This document shows positions 28,301 through 40,293 of a DNA stretch of 64,000 bases, piece by piece. Within the stretch, counting starts at the first letter, position 1. Every line of letters starts with the position of its first letter. Under the pieces are notes generated by a model. The model ran no database searches, was not told the origin of the DNA, and saw only the letters and a list, made by a program, of their open reading frames with translations. The DNA is from Paragordius varius. Taxonomy: Eukaryota > Animalia > Nematomorpha. The stretch is from NCBI GenBank assembly GCA_964247055.1, contig OZ176051.1:7936001-8000000 (forward strand), in the 5' to 3' direction. The position numbers and the translations under genes were made by a program.

Positions 28301-28717
28301 TATAAAGTTGATTAAAGTTATATCCATTAATAATTTGTATAATTTGAAAAAACAAAATAAGCGGTTAGTAGTCAAAAGTAATATAAAAGCTGGGTGAGTT
28401 AAATAAGAGAAAAAATGTGTCTCCCGCATGAGAGAAAACTGTATAATTTAAGCATGCACACCTTTTATGTGAAATGGGTAACCCTCACATACTTATGCAA
28501 GATAATTATCTGGTTTCAAACTCAATCCTTCCTTAGAGAATTGCCCGAATTATTTACGCTTAAATAATTTTAATTAGTCTTTATAATCCTGTAATTTTTT
28601 AAACGATAATTAACAATCAGTTGAAATATTATGAAAATAAGTAGGGATAACATTAAAATATGATTGATTAACCAATTTTATGGTTAAATAAACAAATTAT
28701 TCAGATAAAATACTAAC

Positions 28718-29427
28718 CATTCTTTCATCAGCTTTGTCCTTAATATTTTTCGCAAGTGTGTAAAAGGCTAACTCAACATTGATTCCGGATTTGGCACTGG
28801 TTTCCAGAAAAGCTACATTTTGTTCATCGGCTAACTTTAATATAAAATATAACATACCTTTTGTCCCCTTTCTTTTGATATTTTTCTGAGTTGGGGAGGG
28901 ATATCACATTTATTGCCACAAATTATTTTTTCAACACCCGTATTGGAACTTCCAACTTGTTGTTTGGTATGAGGAGAAATGGTGTTTGTATGTTCTTCTA
29001 TATTACGAATCCAATTGGAGATGTTTTCAAAAGATTTTTCATTTGTTATATCATACACTAATATAATTCCCTAAAACAAAGTAATTTGAAACAAATACCA
29101 TTGCTCCTCTATAATATGCTGTCGTTATAGTTCTAAATCTTTCGTGGCCTGCCGTATCCCTATAAAAAGTTTTTTTATTTAAATAAACCATATTTGCAAT
29201 TTGACACGTTTACCATCCACATCAATAGTTTTTATTTTGAAATCAATGCCTATAATGTTTATGATCACGAAAATACCTATTGTAGCAATAAACGTTGTGT
29301 TAAATGCATCATCTGAAAACCTAAAAAGTAGACAAGTTTTTCCAACACCAGAATCACCGATTAACAAAATTTTAAATAGGTAATCATAGGGGACTTTAAC
29401 AGCAGTAACAGATGCTGAAACCATCAT
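28718..29427 (-). CDS. RAB8: Rab8/Rab10-family small GTPase; last exon not resolved
   Basis: Exons 29427-29277, 29249-29189, 29159-29099, 29070-28858, 28834-28718. [41 protein letters not shown] and ETSAK motifs. Four introns of 27, 29, 28 and 23 nt. A phase-0 donor follows ...KADERM. Confidence 0.88.
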
Positions 29428-29553
29428 ACATAATAAATAACACACATTGCCGAACGCAATGTACCGAATCAAAGCTGATTAAATAAGTATAAATATCGTG
29501 TTGGTGTGACGGTAATTTTAAATATATATATTTTCAGACTTTGTGATAACATA
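29428..29553. promoter_or_regulatory. Very short head-to-head interval between Rab8 and the claudin-like gene
   Basis: Only 126 nt separate the two divergent ATGs (29427 minus, 29554 plus). A probable 26-nt 5' UTR intron lies at 29512-29537. Confidence 0.5.
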
Positions 29554-32500
29554 ATGCTCCCTACTTCTGCCAAAGTTTCTGTGCTAAGTCTTTTTTTAAC
29601 TACAATACTCAGTGGTGTTGGGATTTTTTCCAATTTTTGGGCCCTTTGCTATTTTGGAACTTTTGGTCTTTGGCAATTTTGCTCAGTCAATCAGTGTTAT
29701 TATACATGGGATCGATTCGAGATGTTCACGAAAAGTGCGGACCAATTTCCTGGTATGAAAATATTCAAATATTTATTTAACCCATATCCATTAAAAATTT
29801 AATATTTTTAATTAACATTACACCTGCATGTCGTTATGCGCGTACAAAAGGGAGGAATAAAATATATTTTAATGGATGTAATTTGTATTATAACTGTCAA
29901 TCCATAAAAGTATTAGAAATTAATTATCATTATTATACTACCGTTGTTTATTATGTGAATGAAAAGGGTAAGTGTTTAACCTTAACCCCAATTTAATCAA
30001 TACGCGGTGTATAAATAATTTATAACTTTCGCTTTAGATAATGGTAATATGAATGTTAATAGGAATGCAAGCTATTCTTACCTGATATAATTAAACAAAT
30101 TTTATATAAACATATGTGTTATAAGTATTGATTTCAACACCTTCCATCTTGGATTTAAAAGCTATTATATTTGTTCTCAATAATTTTTTACTTCAGTTCA
30201 ATGGATCAATAAACTTTATTTAACCTGCCATCATGCGTGAAATAGCATTCCTGTGCCAATAAATAGGTTTTTCCCTTTTGAGCAGTGTTAATTCTCTCTA
30301 TACCTGAGAGCCATATGTGAGCTTATTTTTTTCCACTCTAAAAACCTATAAACGGCTTGCTTGGTTTAATTTAGCGTTAGCATTGCTTTCACGAAATGCA
30401 TGGTGAGAAAAAATTTTATATATGTTATTAAAATTACCAGGCCATAATTTTTTTGTAGCCGCATATTAAAGATATATCCCAGCTTGCCTAAATACATCAA
30501 AATTAGCTAAAATTGATATAATTTATTTCAAATCTCCTAATCATATCTATAGAGAGAAGCAGGAAGTGGATAAGTTTTTTTTGGTTGAGCGAAATATAAA
30601 TAAATTTACACACTTTCATATATGTTTATGAGAATTTATTTTATATATATCATATATACAAAATGTATAATTAACGGTTAAAATAACATTGAGTGGCCTA
30701 TATATCACAGGTATGTGAAAAATAACTCCATTATACGTAATTTGCACACAGAAAATTATATACATGTACACATATATTTGCAATGAAAAAAAAAAGTTTA
30801 AAAAAAGCATTTTCTCTACACCTTAAAATGACCTAAACCATTCTTTCAAAAACGAGGTTCGAACGAAATTCAAGCAATTTTTAATTACAATGCACATTGG
30901 CTTTATGGCCTAGCTTGCATTCCGTGATTCTTTTTTCACGCTCGTGGAAATTTAATTTAAATAAATTTATGTTTAAATTATAAAAATGTATATAATAAAC
31001 ACGTTATAACTTATTGATTTTAAATTATACTACATTAAATTATTTGCTGTAAAAATACCTGGTTATTGTTTTATTATACAGTATTATTTGATGTAATAAA
31101 AATTAAATAAATATATATTGTGTGTTTCTTCTTTCATTCCATTTTTTCGCATACAGTTATAACTATCACTCGTTATTTATGGCTCTGTTTTTATTTCATA
31201 TATTTATAATCGCGTAAATAATACTTAATATTATTATTTGAATACCTGTGCTCTTTTACCTCAAAAATATTTTAAACCATCCCTATCATTATCACAATAT
31301 ATATACACTTTGCAAAAACTTCTATAAAACATATCAATTTATTTCTTTTTTTGTATTCAAAGATTGGTATTTTTGGTAATAATTTTATATAAATATATTT
31401 TTGTCATCAATTAAATATTTATTTTGTTAATATTTCTTAATTTTTTTATGCATCAATTACGTACTCCACATATATGTGATTTTTGATTAAACACTAAAAA
31501 CAAAAGTTAAAATAGGGCGTGTGGCGTACCTGATTTATTGATAATTTATTTATTATTAATTGTAAATTATAAAATTTAACCTTTCCAATACAAACATTTT
31601 TGAAGCATAAAAAATTGTTTATTTTACGCAATTTTACTTTATTCCATATTAAATGAGTTTATTGCCGATCACTTAAAACACTAATAATTTATTTTTAATA
31701 TCTCTTTTTAGCTTCCGGTGTCATTTATATCGATTACTACGATCTATTCTTTAAATGACATAATCTGTTTAAGGAGGATATCCTGAAATTTACACCTCTA
31801 AGTGTTTTCAATCCTTTATCAGTATTATAAGTAGTATTTCGCGGTTTTAGTCATCAGTTTATAGAATCCCAACTTTTTCCTTTTTCCCCCCCTCTAAAAA
31901 ATGTTTCGGTCCGGTGAAAAGGTGTTGGAAAGGGAACGTGACATTGAACGCGTATATTATCCGAATGAACCAATGACCTATCCTGTTGTGGGAACGACTA
32001 TGCAAGGTGGCGGAGCTGCTGGTAACACTATACGTTATTCTGGTTATCCTAATGTTATTACAAACACCACCCTAAACACTGCTGCTGGACCAAATCAACA
32101 ACAGCAACAGCAGCAGCAAACTCAACAAATGCCTGCCCAATTTTTCGCTACAACACAAATGCAACCGGGCCAAGCTCCCATGCAATTGCCCCAAACCACG
32201 GTTAACACATATGTGGGGGGTGGAGGAGGAAACACACTCCCACGAGGCGAAACTAATGTTATTGGTCGACAATCTATGCGAAGAAATGGAGGTGGTGGGA
32301 CACTTCAAAGAGGAGATATTGCCGCCGCTAATAACAATGGGGACAATGTTAGTGAATGTCGATCCTGTTCCATATGTTCATCAGAACGCTCAGTAGCTGA
32401 AGATGCTTATAGGCAAAAAAAGAAACGACGCATGTTGGGTAAATCATTTCCCCTTGCAGCTTTGTTAATTGGTTTACTCATCTGCGTGAGTTTTATCAAT

Positions 32501-35500
32501 TGGATTGGTATATGGAGTCCTTTTTGGGCACTGGCAAGGAATCCGTTCCTTATATATCCCGTTACATCGACCACCACTGTGAACACAGGGGTCCGGGGTG
32601 TCGGTGGCTCCGGCGTTGGAGGAGCCGGTGATATTCCTGTACTTTTGAATCCACAAACAGTTCAACCGCCAGGCGGCCGCATTGGTATCGGGAATCCCAT
32701 TTTTGGACACTTGGGTATATGGGCCTATTGTGCACCAAGAAGTTTTTGTGTGACATACCCGTATGGCAGGGCCAGACCTTATGGATTTTTTTCAGCTGCA
32801 GCCTTTTCCCTGTCATTAGCCGGGCTTGGAGGCTTTTTTACCCAACTTTTTGGTGGTCCCTTGTTGGGTAACTTGGTGGGTGGGCTAGGGTTCGGCGGTG
32901 GTTTACCAGGTGCCCTGGGTCCCGGATTCGCTGGTTTAGGTGGTTTTGGGGGAACGGGTGTCCTAGTCAAAAAGCGAAGTTTACGCGACGACACCATGGA
33001 TGATAGCAACAATGCAATTTTTAATAGTCAAAACAATTTTTATTCCTATAAATTGCCAATTCACTCACAACATAAACGTGATATATCTCCTTCATCATCT
33101 GATCCCTTTTTACGTCGCTCTGGACGCCGACAAATACAGCCTCAATCTCACATTTCAGCATACGGTATAAATCCACAAGCCTACCACCAGCCTGCGTTTG
33201 GCATGAATACGGGTGTACCCCGTTCACTCGCATCAGTATTACCCAGTAATATAACGCACCCATTCTTTTTTTATGATGTGAAAAGCCCGGATGGAATAAA
33301 TCCCAAATTGAAAGACATTGTCAGTTTCGTTAAACACTACAAGGAAAAATTGGAGAACCCCAAGAACAGGGGAGGAACTGCTACCGGTAATGCAAATTCA
33401 TCCCCTACCTTCCAACGAGCTGGTAATGTGAATGATCTTGATGGTAATCGATCCATTCGTCGTCAAATGGACTCCTCCCCATACAACGCCGGTAAGGATG
33501 GTTCGGTCAAAGAAACCGATCCTGATTCTTCCCTATCCCGTAACAATCGACAGCTCATAAATCAACCTTTGATGGATATGGGTGCAGGTATAGGGGGCGG
33601 TTCACTCATGAACAGTGGCTGGGGTCTTGGCAATTTGGGGTTAGGTGGATTGGGTGCCTTAGGCTTGGGCGCTTTCGGAAATCGATTTGGGGGTCTTAAC
33701 GGTCTCCTTGGGTCTCAACAAGCCCTAGTGGCGTTTGCTTTGTTACAACCCGGCCCCGAGGGTATACCTTTGCCTGAAAATTTTTTGTTCTCCCTTCCGG
33801 GTAGCATAAGTCCTTTCGCTTACTTCCGGAATCGTGTGCGGGAAAATGTTGGTACGCTATTAATATAACTATTTACATTTAGTTTTGGGATTAATATGTT
33901 TCTAAATTATTAGATCTTAATAATTTTTAGTATCTATGGATTATTTATAAAATTATATTCCATACTAATTGAATCCTACCTAATACACTGCATTAAATGT
34001 TTTAAAGTTAATATTTATTGCTGTTATTGTTTACACGAAAAAAGATTAATTAAAAATATTTAATTTACATTTTTTCCTTAAGGCTAACTAAACATCAAAC
34101 TACTATGATAACAAACATATAAGGTCATTTATGACTCATTGTAAAAGAGAGCTAAAAACTTTACATAAAATTTTTGAAAAAAATTTACAATCTAAATTTT
34201 AGCCATAACATTGATTGAAATTGATACATGTAATAATATACTTACAACATTGTAAAATTTTATTTTTACTCTAATCTAATGGTTAGAACAAGCTTGTTCA
34301 CATCTTTTTTACCTTAAAACATACATACGCGCATGTTATAATTTAGCTGAAAAATTAAACATAAAACCTTATACACAAAATATTTTATCGATCTAAAATT
34401 CGAAGGACATTTTTGTTTTTTAATATGTTTTATATATATATTAATATGTTGTAAAATTTACCTGTTTAAATGCTAAAAAAATTATATTAACTTAAAGCTA
34501 TAGGAAATCATCCATAGTTAATAAAAACAATAATTGGGGTATTTTCCAATACTTTGTTCTCTATTGGTAATGACACACATGTGACAAAACTAATCAATAC
34601 CTATATCATAATTGTGTTAATGTTCTCAAGGACAATTTTTTTAAATAAAATTTTTTAATATAACTCTTGCCTTAATAATAATGAACTCTGTAGCATGAAT
34701 GTCTTTTGTATTCATGACATAGTTTGTTTTACAAATATTGATTTTGGTTCATAGAATATATTATTTGATATCCGACCTTATTAATTATTTAATTGAGTCT
34801 GTATTTCGATTTTTCGCAATAATTTTTCGGCTATTTCTGTCTTTTATAATTTAAAAGTTTTGTCGAAAATTTAACGAATTAATTAGGGTTTTTAATTGTT
34901 TCTTATATGTTATATTTATATAATTTAAAAATTTTAAGCCTTTTTAGATATACACAAATTTTTCGCATGTTTAATCCTTCAATACTGTTAAGCTAATATA
35001 CGAAAGCCGCCACCCCTTAAAGTGATTCCATCATTGTTTAGCGCCTATTTCCGATTTTTAAATACAGATATAGTGCTTAAAAATACTACGGTTCGAAAAT
35101 GTGGTTTATTTGAAGGATTATTTTGACATATCACGGTGATGATGGATATCTCTTAGTTTGAATACAAACTTTGGGGCATTTGAGGCAGCTTGGACTATAA
35201 CGTTCTGTTGCTACGTATCTGTGCGAGGAATCGATTCTGCTGTAATTTTTTTGATCCTAGGGCAGTTTAGGTGCATTCCATGTTTTCCAGATCCTTCTAC
35301 TGAGTCCAACATAAAAAGCCTTTTCTATTATCAGCTCTCCACACATAATTGAAGAATTTTAGTTGAAGTTATTAAGGTAGGATTTGTTTGTTTCATCATT
35401 TTGCTTAGTTCTCATTATGTATATAAAACATTACCTATAGGACCAAAATTTAAATGCGTTAAATTTATTGCAATCGGTAATGAGGGTCCACCTGGAAAAC

Positions 35501-38052
35501 CATTGTTTCTGTTTCTCGCTTGTTGATGGAGGTCGGAAATTTTTTTGTAGAATCGATTTAAGTTTAATTGATTGACATTGCTATTTTTCTGTTAATGTCT
35601 ACCATAGAGGTACCATTTATTCATATAGGTAATTATGAATTTGTGACAGTATTTCTGTTTACCTCAGTTGAATTGATAAGCCGTTTGTATTTGTCATGTA
35701 TTGAATTTTCTTGGGTGTAGTTTTCAGACCCCATTCGATGCTTTATTTTTTATTATATTTAAAAGTCATAATAGGTCTTCTTTTGTTTCGCTGATTCTAA
35801 TTTCGTCGGCCAAGTGTAAATCGATGATCTTGCCTCCTATTCTGATACTAAGTGAGTCTTCTACTATCATTTTTATTATATTTTTAGAATATAAATTGAA
35901 CAATGATAGGGAGATAGGATCCAGTGTCTAACCTTTCTATATTTATCTTATTGCTGCTTTTTGATTTGTTTAAAGATTGTTGAAATTTATATTTAGTGGA
36001 ATGCCTACCTTTGTTATATTGTTTCCCATAGTTTTGTAGGATCCACTCTACATAGGCCTGTGAAAAATCCAGGCATATATTATTCTTGATGTAGTCGTTG
36101 GATTGTTTATTAGGTTTAATATGGAGTCTCTATAACTATATAACGCTGAAATCAGCCTGTTTATTATATATGAAGTTATTGTACCAATCTATACCCACTT
36201 ATATTACTTTGAATAATATTTTGATAATATGGGGTATGAACGCTATTATTCTGTAATTCTCTAATTTTTTCCTGATTCTTTATTATTATGGTATAAAGAT
36301 TTCAATCTTTTGCGCACTGGCTTTTTAACAGAATCGTTTGGCAAAAATTTATTTTGATTTTATTGGTACTAGCACCTCTCCCGGGATTCGGCTATCTCGG
36401 GGGTTTGTTGGAAGTTCTACAAGCGCGTTTTCAATTTCTGCTTGTGTCTAGGATCTGTTTTATAAATATTTTTTATTGTATTTGTTATATTTGTAAATTT
36501 TACCGATACCTATTTTTCCCATTTGGTTGAAATTTGTTGGTTAGCAGGTTTCCTTCATTGTTGTTTATTGCTATGTTTTGGATTTTTTCAGGGGAGGAGA
36601 GTTTCGGATACTTCCCGCAGTTTTTGGTGACATTGCTTACGCAAAGCTGATATTTAAGCTAAAATGTATGAGTGGTTTTAATATATTTCCCATCCTGTTA
36701 GTGTTTTGGCTATAGTAAATGATGATAGGTAGTGGTTTTATATTGATAACAAGTTGTGTATAGTGAATTCTGGTTTAATTAAACTAAAATCGAAGACTTA
36801 CTTAATAAAACCTAAGAATGTTGCGAGAAATTAAATCATTAGTAACTATGGCCAAAAGAATTCCAAGATCGACATATCAAACCATAACCTACTCACAACT
36901 TTTTTTACAGATCAAAACAAAAGAATATTGTATGTATTGATCATTACTTCTTAAAAAGCACTAGAATAATATCGGAAATTATATATATATATATATAATT
37001 TAAATTTAAAAGAAAAATTAATGGGATCTTGGGGTTACCCTGATAGAATATATATTTGAAAATTACGCAACAATTAGTATTTATATTTTATTTGGCGACT
37101 AATTTATGTATAACTAGTTAAACTTTACTAATAATGACTTTATTTTTCTATAAAAAAATGGAGTATTTGAATTTTTTATTTATTTTAATAAGACATCCGT
37201 TCAAAAATTCCAAACATACCTATCTTGTTTACTAGTTATTTTATATAAATTTTCACATTTTAATTGTCGACCATAATATAGCCTGGTTCATTAGTGTTCA
37301 AACATTGGTTGGTGTGGGTTTCGCCCTTAATCTGTTGGGCTTCATCCTGGGTATCCTTTATCTATGCACATACTATTCCAAAGCTGGTCGGATTTTGGGA
37401 CGTCTCGCTGGCATACTTATATTTTTAGCAGGTTAATTTGTATATCTGTTATTTTGTATCATCGAATATAACTTTACATCTTTTATGTTTTTTTACAATA
37501 TTATACCTTATCACCAAAATAAAAAAGTATTTATATTAAATAAAATCGTGCCATTGAAATTATTAACAAAAATTATTAGGTAAATGTGATTTTGAAATTG
37601 ACCACCAAAATTTATAGTTATTAATTTATTTTTGATATATATATATATATATATACAGTATGAATAAGTATACATTACTAGTTTTTCATATTGCCAAATA
37701 GCATATGCGGAAAAGAGAAATTATTGGCTTATAATAGTAAAAAGTGAAAAAATACTATATGCCAATAATATATATTAATTTGTAATAATTTATGAAAAAA
37801 GTAGCAATGTATACTTACTTATACTGTATATCAATTATTTGTGTATGCGTAGCCATTTTGGAATTGATTGGGATTTGTGTGTTCATTGCCAAAGTTCGCT
37901 TAGACCGTAATGCATTTTTCCATATTGATCCGGCATTTACCATACATTCAGGCGTGGGTTGGGCCTATTACGTTTCATTGTCTGGAGCCTTGTTGCTTCT
38001 AATATTGGGTCTGTTTATGATGTGGGAATCGAGTTTTGAAAATCGAGCATAA
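29554..38052 (+). CDS. Claudin/PMP22/EMP-like tetraspan protein, short isoform (182 aa)
   Basis: Exons 29554-29752, 37282-37431, 37853-38052 (549 nt). TM1, then FW..GLWQFC....C; PAWFISVQ-TM2; TM3; GWAYY-TM4. All phases are compatible. Confidence 0.75.
31901..38052 (+). CDS. Claudin-like tetraspan protein, long isoform (766 aa) with giant first exon
   Basis: Exon 31901-33851 ends in phase 1 (GTT G|gtacgc) and joins the same exons 37282-37431 and 37853-38052 (2301 nt). It contains TM1 and the IGIWSPFWAL and HLGIWAYC...C motifs. Confidence 0.75.
35150..36500 (-). mobile_element. Degenerate RTE-like LINE reverse transcriptase remnant in the claudin-like intron
   Basis: Minus strand reads ENYRIIAFIPHIIKILFKVII (~36270), QADF and ICLDFSQAY (~36150-36060), LHLADEI (decayed YADD, ~35810) and EWGLKTTPKKIQYMT (~35730), with stops and frameshifts. 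Confidence 0.75.
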
Positions 38053-38699
38053 ATCAACCAATTGCAAACTCCGAAACAAATCAAACACATTTTACAAAGT
38101 CACCATTGTTTCACACCGCATTTTTACCCAAACTTATGAAGCATTTAATGAATGCGAAATAGATTACAAAATAATTTTTTTAACAATTGAGTAGTTGATC
38201 TCTCTATCCTTAATCCTAACCATTATTTTAATCGTCAGATAAGTTTTATTCATTTTAAAAAGGAAGTTATTTTCCAAGTTACAATATATTTTAAAACATT
38301 CCATTATCATTTTTATATCTCATCAACCTTATTTAAAATACTTAATAAATTATTGTTTTAAAAATTTAAACTTTTATCATAACTATGGATTTTAATAATT
38401 TGCACATCATATTTTTACCCATTACATATTTTATATAAAATTTTTATGTATATTTATTTTTATATATTATGTATAATTTTAATATTATCATTCTAGTAAT
38501 AAATGTTCAATTATCATAATCATTTACGATTGGATAAAATTTTAGTAAAAACAAGAAATATACAAGGTACATTGGTAAAACCAAATTTTGAAAACTTAAC
38601 CTAAAATTTGGTCCATATTAATGTTTTTTAACACGGATATTTTCAAAAGAATAATAATCCTGTGCACAATATCGGGAGGTATAAAAAATCCTGATGAAA

Positions 38700-39620
38700 T
38701 ATATATTCTGATAGATACATGAATGAGGTTTTTCTCATTTTCCTTTTGGTTTTGAGTGATGTAAGAAAAATATTCAGACTTTTATGGTTTGCTCCATATC
38801 GAAACGCAAAATTTGTGCACATTATGCTAAATTAATTTTTTATGGTAATATTTAAATACTTCATTCCAATATCATATAATCAGATACTATATTTAAAAAG
38901 CAAAACAATATTATATTAAACAAAAAATTTTATTCAGGCTCCAAAAGTTGCAAGTTTCAAACCCCTCCAAAATGAATTAGTTTTCTTAAAATAAACGCAA
39001 TAATGCAGAGATTAAATAAACAATTTCTAAGATATGATAGATTTTGACAAAAAAAAGTTTTTTTGACAAAATGTAGACTTTTATCTAAATTTTTGCAAAA
39101 TTATGTAGCAACGTAAAACCACATTTAATCAAAATTCTGTGGTGACAAAAATGTTTAGTATCATGTTATTAAATAAAGGGGTGTGTCTAATATCTCAAAA
39201 CAATTTTATACCGTCACCATGCTAAATACCATTACGTTTCTACACAATTCATCGAAATTCTAGTTTTAACGAAAAGCATGCATTTTTTCAACTTTTTTGA
39301 TGTCATAGTCTAGTAACGTATAATAAAAATTGTTTTCATGTTGGCATTTTTGCATTTATTTTAAGAAAACTGGCCCATTTTAGAGCTGTACATCGGAAAT
39401 TTAAATATTGTTTTGCTTTTAAATATAATATATGATAGAAAAATGATATTTTTTGATTAAAGCATTGAGCTTTCACAAAAAATTTATTAGATGTGCGTTA
39501 ATTTTGCGATTTTTCAGTGAGCAACTACAAAATTTCATATTGTCTATTATCACTCAGCAGCATAATCAAAATATATATTTCATCAAGATCTTTTTTCACA
39601 CCTCTCGACTTCTCGTATAT
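38700..39620. repeat. Foldback-family repeat copy
   Basis: Mirror pair gttttcttaaaataaacgca (~38980) vs tgcatttattttaagaaaac (~39351); shares motifs with 3060-4130. Ends approximate. Confidence 0.6.
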
Positions 39621-40253
39621 AAAATACATTGCATATAAAGTGGGATCATATAAAGCATTCTGATATAATATATAAATTTGTTAGAAAATCATCGGGATTT
39701 TTATGATAATTTTGGATCTTACGAGTCGAATGGGATGGTTATTTTTAATTTTGTCGTAATTCCTTTATATCGAATAAAATTCGAGCACATTTTAAAACAT
39801 AGATGATAATATAAAATTCCAAAACATATATATGAAAGCAAAACAATATTTTGAATAAATTTTTAGACGTGTAGTCTGAAAGTTTTATATTATATGGTCT
39901 CCTTTTTTGAAAAAAAAACGCCATGCCGAAATTGGATAAAAAAAATTTAATATATGCTAGAGTATGAAAATATCAAAATGCATACATTGATATATTTATC
40001 TGGTAACACACACAACATGTGGTTGAAATCAAACGATTTTTCCTATGTTTTAAGATTGATTTTGTGTATTAATTTTCTGACAAACTTTTCTTTGTCCCGT
40101 ACGCTCCTGTATTTTGCGAAACTTTATTAAGAGATATAATACATGTGTTATGGTTATAGCCTATTTTTGCAATTAGAAGTTTCTTCCTATCAAGCAATAG
40201 GTGGCTTTATGAAACGAAAATTTTAAGATGACAGTGTTTACCCCGTGTCATAG

Positions 40254-40293
40254 TGTGAGACGCGTTTCGTCTTTATTGTGGACTCATAACACA
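40254..40293 (-). ncRNA. Degenerate minimal hammerhead ribozyme motif (Penelope-like element type)
   Basis: Minus strand: tgtg-TTATGA-GTC-cacaataaa-GAC-GAAAC-GC-GTC-tcaca. Stem II, GAAA, a palindromic stem III and the GTC site are intact; the CTGATGA box is mutated. Confidence 0.4.

Noticed and set aside
30180-30960. Possible private TM2-4 exons for the short claudin-like first exon
   Set aside because: No hydrophobic, phase-compatible open exon found; frames close within ~15-40 codons.
32072-33263. Several minus-strand and alternative-frame ORFs overlapping the large claudin-like exon
   Set aside because: Shadows of a GC-richer, Gly-rich coding exon; no independent motifs.
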